Positions 56,144 through 64,000 of a stretch of 64,000 nt of DNA are shown here, one piece after another. This DNA is from an uncultured Elusimicrobia bacterium (lineage in GTDB: Bacteria; Elusimicrobiota; Elusimicrobia; Elusimicrobiales; Elusimicrobiaceae), in NCBI GenBank assembly GCA_945913025.1, contig CAMECJ010000003.1, positions 103,746 through 167,745 on the forward strand, read 5' to 3'. The notes beneath the pieces are model-generated. The model saw only the letters and a list, made by a program, of their open reading frames with translations, ran no database searches and was not told where the DNA came from. The position numbers and the translations under genes are program-made. The first letter of the stretch is position 1, and every line of letters begins with the position of its first letter.

Positions 56144-58424
56144 TGAAATCTCCTTGAATAAATTCCTGTCCCGTCTTAAAATCTGTTTGCAGTCCTTTTG
56201 TTTGGGCGGCACGGATGGTTTCGCCCGTTTTTTTGGCGCGCAGCATTTCCAATTTGGGTTTTAACATCGATGACGACACCCGAAACGACAGCGCGGGATT
56301 ACCGGACTCATCCGTCAGGTTCTCCGCCAGCGCGCCGGAGCGCGACGTATTGGAAAACATCGTTCCTATTATGATATCAAAATTTTCGCTTACCCAATCG
56401 GTCCACCCACTCACGACAGCCGAAATGGTCGGCCCTACGACGTATGCGTTATTGATCTGCATCCGTCCGTTGGCGAAATGTCCGGAGACGGCCATTTCGG
56501 TAAACGGAACGTCTTTAAGCACTTTGCCCACCTTAAAGCTGCCCGCCCGTTCCATACGGTGCATAATGATAAACGGTTGGAAAGTTACATTCAGCGCACG
56601 CTGTTCTTCAGCCAGTTTTTCCATCTGGTGAATGACCCCCTGTTCCAAACGTGCCTCCAATGTTCCCGTCAGGCGTTTCATTCCGGCGCGCAGGCCCGTA
56701 AAATCAAACTCTGCGTTGAAGCGGTTTCCCGACAGCACTTGACTGGAAAACGTATCAGCCGACAAAGTTCCCGCAAAATTGGGCATAAACGCAGGCAGGC
56801 GGTCCCTGAAATTACGCAGCCAAGCCAAATCGCCCTCCACGGGCGCCTTAAATTTTCCGCCGCCTTTAACCAGAGGAACGATAACATCCACAAAATCGCG
56901 CACCACCCCGATAAAAGCCATCGGGTCCAAATGTTTGAGATAAAGGGACGTGCGGATGCGGCGGTGCGGACTCTTTAAATTATTTACGGACAAACTCATT
57001 TTAAACGGAATCCCGTTCAAATCCGCAGATGCAATATATGCATACAAGTTGCCTTTGCGCCAGCTGGCATTAAATTTGAGCTTGTCAAATACAGACTTTG
57101 ACACCGTTACCTTTCCGTCCGTGGCGGCTGCGTATAAATCGGCGAAATCTTTTTTCGCTTGAAACTCGCCCGTTATATTTTCGGCTTTAAACCCGTACAA
57201 ATAACCGGAGGCGTCTTTTAGCTGTGCGGTAAACAACGGCAGCGCGTATTTGCCGTCCGCGCGCGTTACGCGGCCGGAAACGGACGCCTGCCCCGTCAGT
57301 TGATACTTGCCGACGGGCGCATAATAGCGGTTTTTCCCCGCCAAATTAAAATAATTGGAAGAAACATTCAAATCCGCCGTATACGCGGGAGACGAAAAAT
57401 CCAGTGTACCGCGCGCGTCCAGTTTTACGTCGGCCGCCGATATCCCCGCCTGATTAATGCGCACCAAACGGTAATTTTTATCGATCATTCCTTTGGCCGT
57501 CACTTCGGATTTGGGAACCGAAAATTCTACGCCCGTCATTTGAAATAAAGACAAATCTTTCGACTCAAAAGCCGGCACGGAAACGCGCGCGTTGAAATAA
57601 GGCGTGCGTAAGTTATCCAAATCAAGCAATACGGAAAGCGGCTTACGGAACAGGAACACCTGCGCGCGCAGGCTGCGTATGGCAAAATCGTTCCAGTTAA
57701 ATCCCGCAAAATTCACATGACCGGAGCCTTTAATTTCCATATCGGAGATATTATCCCCCCACTTATTACGCAATACCATATCGGCCGTAAAACGGGAAAG
57801 CTCATCAAACCGAAGCCGCTCAAAATGCAAATTAAGCTCATACACGGCGTGCGTAACACCGGAGGCAAGATCTTTATAACTGATGACGCCGTTTTTTATC
57901 GTCCAGTCCTCCACGCTTACGGTAAAGGTTTTCCCCGTTGTTTCGCTGATATAAACGGACCGTCCTTTGGAGGGTCTAATCTGCGGGATATTATATGCTC
58001 CGTTGACGCCGCGCACGATGCTAAAACGCGGAGCATGCAGCGATACTTCGTCAATAACCAGTTGTTGGTCCAATAGAGGAAGCAATTTAAAACGCAGGGT
58101 TACCGAATCGGCTGACAAAAGTGCTTGTCCGGCCATTCCTTCGGTATCCAGCACAGTAAACCCTTTCAGCTCTACTGTATTTATAAATTTAAGGTCTAAA
58201 GAGGAAATAGCGACAGGACGATCTAACCGTTTCTGCAACTCATCCGTAATCAGTTCGCTGATGCGCTGCGCATTAAACGCTTTTAAAAACACCAGCCACG
58301 CGGCCGAACCGATAAGCAGCAGCAGCATAACGGTAAACAACGAAGTGCGCAGCGTTAAAAAAAAGCATGATTTGATAAACCGCCACACCCACCACAAGAA
58401 GGTTCGTTTTTTCTTTTTAACCAT
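56130..58424 (-). CDS. AsmA-like outer-membrane assembly protein
   Basis: N-terminal TM helix; LLPLL...IDEVSL..P AsmA-like motif; beta-rich body. Confidence 0.7.
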   Translation of the reverse strand: MVKKKKRTFLWWVWRFIKSCFFLTLRTSLFTVMLLLLIGSAAWLVFLKAFNAQRISELITDELQKRLDRPVAISSLDLKFINTVELKGFTVLDTEGMAGQALLSADSVTLRFKLLPLLDQQLVIDEVSLHAPRFSIVRGVNGAYNIPQIRPSKGRSVYISETTGKTFTVSVEDWTIKNGVISYKDLASGVTHAVYELNLHFERLRFDELSRFTADMVLRNKWGDNISDMEIKGSGHVNFAGFNWNDFAIRSLRAQVFLFRKPLSVLLDLDNLRTPYFNARVSVPAFESKDLSLFQMTGVEFSVPKSEVTAKGMIDKNYRLVRINQAGISAADVKLDARGTLDFSSPAYTADLNVSSNYFNLAGKNRYYAPVGKYQLTGQASVSGRVTRADGKYALPLFTAQLKDASGYLYGFKAENITGEFQAKKDFADLYAAATDGKVTVSKSVFDKLKFNASWRKGNLYAYIASADLNGIPFKMSLSVNNLKSPHRRIRTSLYLKHLDPMAFIGVVRDFVDVIVPLVKGGGKFKAPVEGDLAWLRNFRDRLPAFMPNFAGTLSADTFSSQVLSGNRFNAEFDFTGLRAGMKRLTGTLEARLEQGVIHQMEKLAEEQRALNVTFQPFIIMHRMERAGSFKVGKVLKDVPFTEMAVSGHFANGRMQINNAYVVGPTISAVVSGWTDWVSENFDIIIGTMFSNTSRSGALAENLTDESGNPALSFRVSSSMLKPKLEMLRAKKTGETIRAAQTKGLQTDFKTGQEFIQGDFNAKK

Positions 58425-58427
58425 AAC

Positions 58428-59114
58428 TTATCCCGCGTTTATAATATGGTTTATTATATAGTTTACTAAAATTCGCCACACATTGACGGTTCCCCAAAAC
58501 ACGCGTGCGGACGCGCGGGAAAGAGATACTGTTTCCGGAAACAGCCCTTTTAGCAGCAGAGCGAGTACAATTAAGTTGCAAAGCACAATCATAATAACGG
58601 AAAATACCTTCCCGCCCGCCAGTTTTAAATCGGGCTGGTCCGCTTCAAAAAGCGTTTTGAATGTTTGGATAAAGTGAAAAGAGGTAAAAAAACCCATTAA
58701 AAATAAAAAAACCTGGCGGTACGGCGTCAAATCCGCAAACAAATCCCCGATGACGTATGCCAAGACCGTTAAAATCACATACCCGGGTACAAAATATGGG
58801 GCAAGCACTATAAACGCGTTGCAGCGGTCCATTTTTACATATCCGCTGTCCTCCCGCACAGAAACGTCTTTAATGCGGCATCCGCACCACAGCGCAGCCA
58901 TAGCGTGCGTCATTTCGTGCATAAAAACATACGGACGGGAAAAATTATAATACCCGTAATGAATCCCGGCGTAAATAAGCGCACCCGTAATAAAACTGAC
59001 GGCCGCCCTGACATACCCTAATACGGCCAGCAAAATGCGCCCCGTTTCCACAAGAGTAAAAAACAAGGTGGGAAGCAAAACCAGCGCAAAAAGAAATTTT
59101 AAAGATTTCATCAA
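58428..59114 (-). CDS. Membrane protein with M50-like zinc peptidase motif
   Basis: HEMTH in a TM context; LAPYF motif. Confidence 0.65.
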   Translation of the reverse strand: MMKSLKFLFALVLLPTLFFTLVETGRILLAVLGYVRAAVSFITGALIYAGIHYGYYNFSRPYVFMHEMTHAMAALWCGCRIKDVSVREDSGYVKMDRCNAFIVLAPYFVPGYVILTVLAYVIGDLFADLTPYRQVFLFLMGFFTSFHFIQTFKTLFEADQPDLKLAGGKVFSVIMIVLCNLIVLALLLKGLFPETVSLSRASARVFWGTVNVWRILVNYIINHIINAG

Positions 59115-59809
59115 AATTTTTCCGTCCAGGCAGGGGTTTGGTATTGGGACGCGGCCAATTCCCGCGCGCTTTGCAGCCAGTTTTCATCCGCTCCGGACGG
59201 GCGTAAATCCGCCGCCAAAAACGTACGTACCGCTTCCGTAACGGCCCTTTTATAGAGCGGATTTGTCCGCGCGCAAGGCAGCTGCAAAGACCCCTGATAC
59301 AGCACACATTCGCCGAAGCGGCGCAAAGCGCCGCCCAGAATTTTATGTCCGTCCGCGGCGAGCAGGTCGTTCTCTACGGGGTTTACGAAACAAGCGTTGG
59401 CGGAATGGTTGACGCTAGGCGCATAAGCGGAAGCGGGGATCGTTTTATCAAACGCGCAGACGGTTTGCCCCGCCCGCGCCAGCTGCGCCAAAATACACCC
59501 GTGCAAACTGCGGTAAATTTCCGCCGGACGGCTTTTAGACGGAAATACGAGTGAAAAGGTTAAATCATCCGTATGAAACACCACGCCGCCGCCCGTCGGA
59601 CGGCGCACGCGCGGGCCGACAAAATGCTGCGTTGCAAGCGCGCGGTCCACTTCGCTTAAAAACTGGGCATAGCCGAACGTGACGGCGGGGCCGTCCGTCC
59701 AGCGGTAAAAGCGCAGGGTAACGGCGGACGGACGCAGGCGGACGGTTTGTTCGTCAAACGCCATCTGTTCAAACACATTTAAAGGCGGAGTGGAAATAAG
59801 CAGAGTCAT
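59111..59809 (-). CDS. Lipoate-protein ligase family protein (LplA/LipM-like)
   Basis: VRRPTGGGVVFH, CF..P...D and KILGGA motifs; next to the gcv genes. Confidence 0.88.
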   Translation of the reverse strand: MTLLISTPPLNVFEQMAFDEQTVRLRPSAVTLRFYRWTDGPAVTFGYAQFLSEVDRALATQHFVGPRVRRPTGGGVVFHTDDLTFSLVFPSKSRPAEIYRSLHGCILAQLARAGQTVCAFDKTIPASAYAPSVNHSANACFVNPVENDLLAADGHKILGGALRRFGECVLYQGSLQLPCARTNPLYKRAVTEAVRTFLAADLRPSGADENWLQSARELAASQYQTPAWTEKF

Positions 59810-59842
59810 ATTTTCAGCGAAAAAACCAGTTTAACACGACGA

Positions 59843-59871
59843 GATTCCGTATTACAACCCTACGGAATGAC
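59843..59871 (+). repeat. Half copy of the GTCATTCC element
   Basis: GATTCCGTATTACAACCCTACGGAATGAC; 2 mismatches to the right arm of 24340-24417. Confidence 0.8.
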
Positions 59872-59879
59872 ACTACAAC

Positions 59880-60119
59880 AAACAGACTAACTTTGTGCCA
59901 TTTCGGCTGATTTCCCAAATTTAAGCACACTTACTAACATAATAGACAGTTGCCTGATTTGCCGGATTTTAATTTATTTCTTTGGGCTAGTTGCCGCAAA
60001 GAAACAGACTATCTTTACGCTAATTCGGCTGATTTCCCAAATTTGAGCACACTTACTAACATAATAGACAGTTGCCTGATTTGCCGGATTTTAATTTATT
60101 TCTTTGGGCTAGTTGCCGC
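59880..60119. repeat. Tandem direct duplication with 122-bp period
   Basis: Copies at 59880-59997 and 60002-60119; core 59902-59997 differs by one base. Confidence 0.9.
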
Positions 60120-60223
60120 GCCGCGCAGTTGAACACTGCGTAAGAGGCAAGGGACAAAGAAAGAAACAAAATCCGGCAAATGGTTGGCGTATCAAAACCG
60201 AAACTTACTAACAGTCATTATTT

Positions 60224-61672
60224 CTACCACTTTAAGTTTGGCTGTCGGGCCGCCGACACCTCATCAATCCTCCCCACGCATTGCGTATGAGGCGAACCCT
60301 TTACCTTCTCCGGCTCCGTCTGGATTTCGTCGTAAATTTTTTCCAGCGCAGTTATAAACGCGTCAAGCATATCTTTGCTTTCGGTTTCCGTCGGCTCCAC
60401 CATCATGGCTTCGGGCACGATAAGTGGGAAGTAAATGGTCGGCGCGTAAAAGCCGTAGTCCAACAGCCGTTTGGCCACATCGGACGTATGCACGCCGTTC
60501 ATTTCGGCCGGATTAATGGAAAGCACGCATTCGTGCATACATACGCGGTCGAAAAACGCGTTAAACTTGCCTTTCAAACGCGCACGGACGTAGTTGGCGT
60601 TCAGCACCGCGTTTTCGGCAATGCGTTTGAGCGTTTCGCCGTCAAACTGGCGCAAATAGCAGTACCCGCGCAGGACAACGGCCATATTGCCGTAAAACGC
60701 TTTCATTTTACCCAAACTTTGGGGCATTTCGCCGGACAGGGTATACTTGCCGTCTTTCAGTTCCGCCATCGGTTTGGGCAGAAACGGCGCCACGTGCGCG
60801 GCCGCACCCACAGGGCCGGAACCGGGGCCCCCGCCGCCGTGCGGAGCGGCGAATGTTTTGTGCAGGTTTAAATGCATTACGTCCACGCCAAAGTCCGCCG
60901 GCTTGGCCAGGCCGATAAGCGCGTTAAAATTGGCTCCATCCATGTATAAAAGAGCCCCTGCTTTATGCACCATATCGGCAATTTCGCAGATGTCCTTTTC
61001 AAAAAGCCCCACCGTATTGGGAACCGTCAGCATAACAGCCGCAGTGCGTTCGGACAGCGCGTTTTGAAGCGCCTCTTTATCCACACAACCGTCGGCGGCG
61101 GACTTAATGTTCACCACCGTGTAACCCGCCATGTTGGCCGTAGCCGGATTGGTGCCGTGCGCCGTATCGGGCACGATGACTTCGGTGCGGGCAAAATCTT
61201 TATGCGCGTCGTGATACGCGCGGACGGTTAAAATACCCGTCAGCTCTCCGTGCGCGCCTGCGGCGGGCTGAAGCGTAAACGCGGCAAGACCCGTAATTTT
61301 TTTTAGCAGTTCCTGCATTTCGTACACGGCCTGAAGCGTACCCTGCACGGCTTCTTCGGGCGCAAACGGGTGTGCGGCGCAAAACGGTTCCAAGGCAGAC
61401 AGGGTATCGTACGCTTTGGGGTTGTATTTCATCGTGCAGGAGCCGAGCGGATAAAATTCGCCGTCCAGGCAATAGTTAAGCTGCGACAGGCGCGTAAAGT
61501 GGCGCACCGTGTCAAACTCGCTCATTTCCGGCAGACGCGGCTCGTCCGCACGCAAATAAAAAGCAGGCAGATAATCTTCCGCCTTTTTTTGCGTTTTTAC
61601 AAATTGCACGCCGCGGCGGCCCGCGCGGGATTTTTCAATAGATAACTCGCTGTGTTTCAAAATTTCTTCCAT
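60224..61672 (-). CDS. gcvPB: Glycine dehydrogenase subunit 2
   Basis: YPLGSCTMKYNP, AGAHGE, HGTNPA and NLHKTF.PHGGGGPG motifs. Confidence 0.96.
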   Translation of the reverse strand: MEEILKHSELSIEKSRAGRRGVQFVKTQKKAEDYLPAFYLRADEPRLPEMSEFDTVRHFTRLSQLNYCLDGEFYPLGSCTMKYNPKAYDTLSALEPFCAAHPFAPEEAVQGTLQAVYEMQELLKKITGLAAFTLQPAAGAHGELTGILTVRAYHDAHKDFARTEVIVPDTAHGTNPATANMAGYTVVNIKSAADGCVDKEALQNALSERTAAVMLTVPNTVGLFEKDICEIADMVHKAGALLYMDGANFNALIGLAKPADFGVDVMHLNLHKTFAAPHGGGGPGSGPVGAAAHVAPFLPKPMAELKDGKYTLSGEMPQSLGKMKAFYGNMAVVLRGYCYLRQFDGETLKRIAENAVLNANYVRARLKGKFNAFFDRVCMHECVLSINPAEMNGVHTSDVAKRLLDYGFYAPTIYFPLIVPEAMMVEPTETESKDMLDAFITALEKIYDEIQTEPEKVKGSPHTQCVGRIDEVSAARQPNLKW

Positions 61673-61673
61673 A

Positions 61674-63002
61674 TTAAATCCCCCTCAACGCGTCCGCGTA
61701 CGCTTGCAAATCTTCCGTCGTTTTGGTTTCCGTGGCGCACACCAAAAGGCAGTTTTCCATTCCTTTAAAATCTTTGCCAAGCGCATAACCGGCGCCAAAA
61801 CCTTTTTGCGCCAATTTGTCTACAACCGTCTGCGCCGGAACCGGGCACTCGACAACAAATTCATTAAAGAAAGGAGCCGTAAATTTCACTTTAAACCCGG
61901 GCACGGCGGCGATTAATTCCGCCAGTTTATGTGCGCGTTCCAAGTTTAAGAGTGCGGCTTCTTTAAGGCCTTTGGGGCCGAGGAGCGTCAAATAAATAAC
62001 CGCGTTCAGCGCGCACAACGCTTCGTTGGAACAAATGTTGGACGACGCTTTTTCGCGGCGGATATGCTGTTCACGCGCCTGAAGCGTCAATACGAATGCG
62101 CGTTTGCCGTCGTGATCTTTGGCAATTCCCACAATGCGCCCCGGCAGCTGGCGCATATACGCTTTTTTGGCCGTCATGATTCCAAGACCCGGGCCGCCGA
62201 AATTCACGGCGTTTCCCAACGGCTGGCCTTCGGCCACGGCAAAATCCGCACCGTACGAGCCGGGCGTTTGCACCACGCTTAACGAAAGCGGATTCACCAA
62301 AGCAACAAGCAGCGCGCCCGCTTCGTGCACGAGGGAGGAAACGGCATTAGCGTCTTCCAGGGAGCCAAAAAAGTTTGGGTTCGCAAGGACAAAACAAGAG
62401 GTCTTTTCCGACAGTTTTTCTTTGAGCGCGTTCATATCCAGCGCGCCGTCCGCGCCGAAAGGAATTTCGCACAGGTGCACGCCTTCAAAATGGCGCAGAT
62501 ATGTTTTTAACACTTCTTTATAATGCGGGTGAAGCGCGGCGGGGATTAACACTTCTTTGCGGCTGTTTACGCGCATACAGGCCAAAACGGATTCGGCGAG
62601 AGCGGTCGCACCGTCGTAATGGGAGGCGGTGGCCACGTCCATATCAAACAGCGCGCAGATACAGCTCTGAAATTCGTAAATCGTTTGCAGGGTGCCCTGG
62701 CTGGCTTCGGCCTGATACGGCGTATAAGCGGTTAAAAATTCCCCGCGCGACGATAACGCATGTACCGCCGCTGGAATAAAATGTTCGTACATCCCCGCGC
62801 CGATAAAATTTTTAAGCGGTTTATTTTTGGCCGCCAGCTCGTGCAGGCGTACGGAAAGTTCCTGTTCCGTCAAAGCTTTGGGCAAGTCCAAAGCGGGGTA
62901 TAAAAGGTTCTGCGGAATTTGGGAAAGCAGTTCCCGCACGGACGAAACGCCGGCTGCCGCCAGCATTTCTTTTTGGTCTTCGGGAGTATTGGGGGTAAAC
63001 AT
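61674..63002 (-). CDS. gcvPA: Glycine dehydrogenase subunit 1
   Basis: YTPYQAEASQG, SHYDGA and REQHIRREKASSNICSN motifs. Confidence 0.96.
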   Translation of the reverse strand: MFTPNTPEDQKEMLAAAGVSSVRELLSQIPQNLLYPALDLPKALTEQELSVRLHELAAKNKPLKNFIGAGMYEHFIPAAVHALSSRGEFLTAYTPYQAEASQGTLQTIYEFQSCICALFDMDVATASHYDGATALAESVLACMRVNSRKEVLIPAALHPHYKEVLKTYLRHFEGVHLCEIPFGADGALDMNALKEKLSEKTSCFVLANPNFFGSLEDANAVSSLVHEAGALLVALVNPLSLSVVQTPGSYGADFAVAEGQPLGNAVNFGGPGLGIMTAKKAYMRQLPGRIVGIAKDHDGKRAFVLTLQAREQHIRREKASSNICSNEALCALNAVIYLTLLGPKGLKEAALLNLERAHKLAELIAAVPGFKVKFTAPFFNEFVVECPVPAQTVVDKLAQKGFGAGYALGKDFKGMENCLLVCATETKTTEDLQAYADALRGI

Positions 63003-63065
63003 AGTAAAAAATCCTCATCGTAAAAGAAAATCCCCCGCCCGCAAGCGGGGGACGAATCAAACGCA

Positions 63066-63446
63066 CTATTTTTGAATGGTGGCTTTGTAAGCGGACAGGT
63101 CGAGCAGGTTTTCGTACTCGGCGGGAGCCGTCATTTTGATTTTAAACAGCCAGCCGTTGCCGTGCGGTTCGCGGTTTACAAGAGCAGGGTCCGCATTTAA
63201 GGCTTCGTTTACTTCCACGATTTCGCCGCTGACGGGCGCGTAAATTTCGGACGCGGATTTGACGGATTCAATCACGCAGCAGTTCTGGCCCGCAGTTACC
63301 TGCTGGCCGACTTTGGGCAGGTCCACAAACACAATGTCGCTGATTTCTTCCTGCGCGTGGTTGCTGATGCCCACGGTGGCGATGTCGCCTTCCGTATGGG
63401 CCCATTCATGAGTTTTGGCAAAACGGCTGGTTTCTTCGGTATGCAT
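63066..63446 (-). CDS. gcvH: Glycine cleavage system H protein
   Basis: GISNHAQ and ESVKSASEIYAPVSG lipoyl motif. Confidence 0.96.
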   Translation of the reverse strand: MHTEETSRFAKTHEWAHTEGDIATVGISNHAQEEISDIVFVDLPKVGQQVTAGQNCCVIESVKSASEIYAPVSGEIVEVNEALNADPALVNREPHGNGWLFKIKMTAPAEYENLLDLSAYKATIQK

Positions 63447-63470
63447 AGTTTTATTCTCCTTAAATTTTAA

Positions 63471-64000
63471 TTATACGCGGTTTTTGTAAAAGGGCGTTTT
63501 GACCACTTCGGCCTTGGCCCGTTTGCCGTGTATTTCAATTTCCACTTCGCTCCCCACGGGCACGTCCGCCGGAATATATCCCACGGCAATGCCCTTAAAA
63601 AGCGGCGAATACGTCCCGCTGGTGAGTACCCCGATTTCCTTCCCGCCGGAATAGACTTTACATTCCGCGCGGGGCACGCCGGGCGATTTTAAAACAAAGG
63701 CCGTCAGTTTTTGTTTCAGCCCCTGTTCTTTCTGCGCCGCAAGCGCAGCCTTTCCTACAAAATTTTCTTTGGCGAGCTTTACCACCCACCCGCAATTCGC
63801 CTCGTACGGCGTGCGGGTTTGGTCCGCGTCCGCACCGTTTAAAAGGTACCCGGCTTCCAGGCGCAGTACGTCGCGCGCGCCGAGACCGCAAGGCTTTACG
63901 CCTAAATGTAAAAGAGCGTCCCACAGGCCGCCGATTTTTCCGGCCGGAAGCATAATTTCCACGCCGTCTTCCCCGGTATATCCCGTGCGGGTAACGTACC
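63471..64000 (-). CDS. gcvT: Glycine cleavage aminomethyltransferase T, 5' part outside the window
   Basis: RTGYTGEDG, GLGARDVLRLEAG and TSGTYSP motifs. Confidence 0.93.
   Translation of the reverse strand, partial: YVTRTGYTGEDGVEIMLPAGKIGGLWDALLHLGVKPCGLGARDVLRLEAGYLLNGADADQTRTPYEANCGWVVKLAKENFVGKAALAAQKEQGLKQKLTAFVLKSPGVPRAECKVYSGGKEIGVLTSGTYSPLFKGIAVGYIPADVPVGSEVEIEIHGKRAKAEVVKTPFYKNRV

Noticed and set aside
59880-60119. CRISPR array or tandem glycine riboswitch
   Set aside because: There are only two about 120-bp units and no cas genes. Glycine aptamer motifs (GGAGA, CCGAAG, CTCAGG) are absent, and the site is downstream of the gcv genes.

Overview
A 64-kb chromosomal segment of an anaerobic Gram-negative bacterium, most likely Elusimicrobiota (Elusimicrobium/Avelusimicrobium-like). 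That assignment is inferred from the expanded dispersed pilin family and the gene content. The backbone is housekeeping: lysS, lolE/lolD, phoH-like, GH57, nfnAB-like, ndk, lpxB, rel, pcrA, rlmD, ychF, glgP, trmL, gatCA, a four-subunit 2-oxoacid:ferredoxin oxidoreductase, rlmI-like, pyrE-like, asmA-like, a lipoate ligase, gcvT-H-PA-PB and four tRNAs. No transposase, integrase, prophage or CRISPR array was seen. Eight type IV pilin-like genes (G|FTLIELL leader) sit in the backbone as single, transcriptionally insulated units. Main result: six of the eight have a shared sigma70-like promoter, TTGACC-CG-(T)n-GA-TAnnnT (TTGTAT-TG at one locus), whose -35/-10 spacer is mostly a poly-T tract. The tract is T12, T12, T12, T11, T10, or an interrupted 10-nt tract, giving spacers of 14-16 bp. 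This looks like a slipped-strand phase-variation system switching a dispersed pilin repertoire. A family of short palindromic GTCATTCC...GGAATGAC elements clusters near these loci and has inserted in frame into two prepilin leaders. Other oddities are a 1513-aa exported protein with an internal J-domain, two adjacent probable pseudo-enzymes, a C-terminally short Rel, a highly structured 210-nt intergenic region and a 122-bp tandem duplication.
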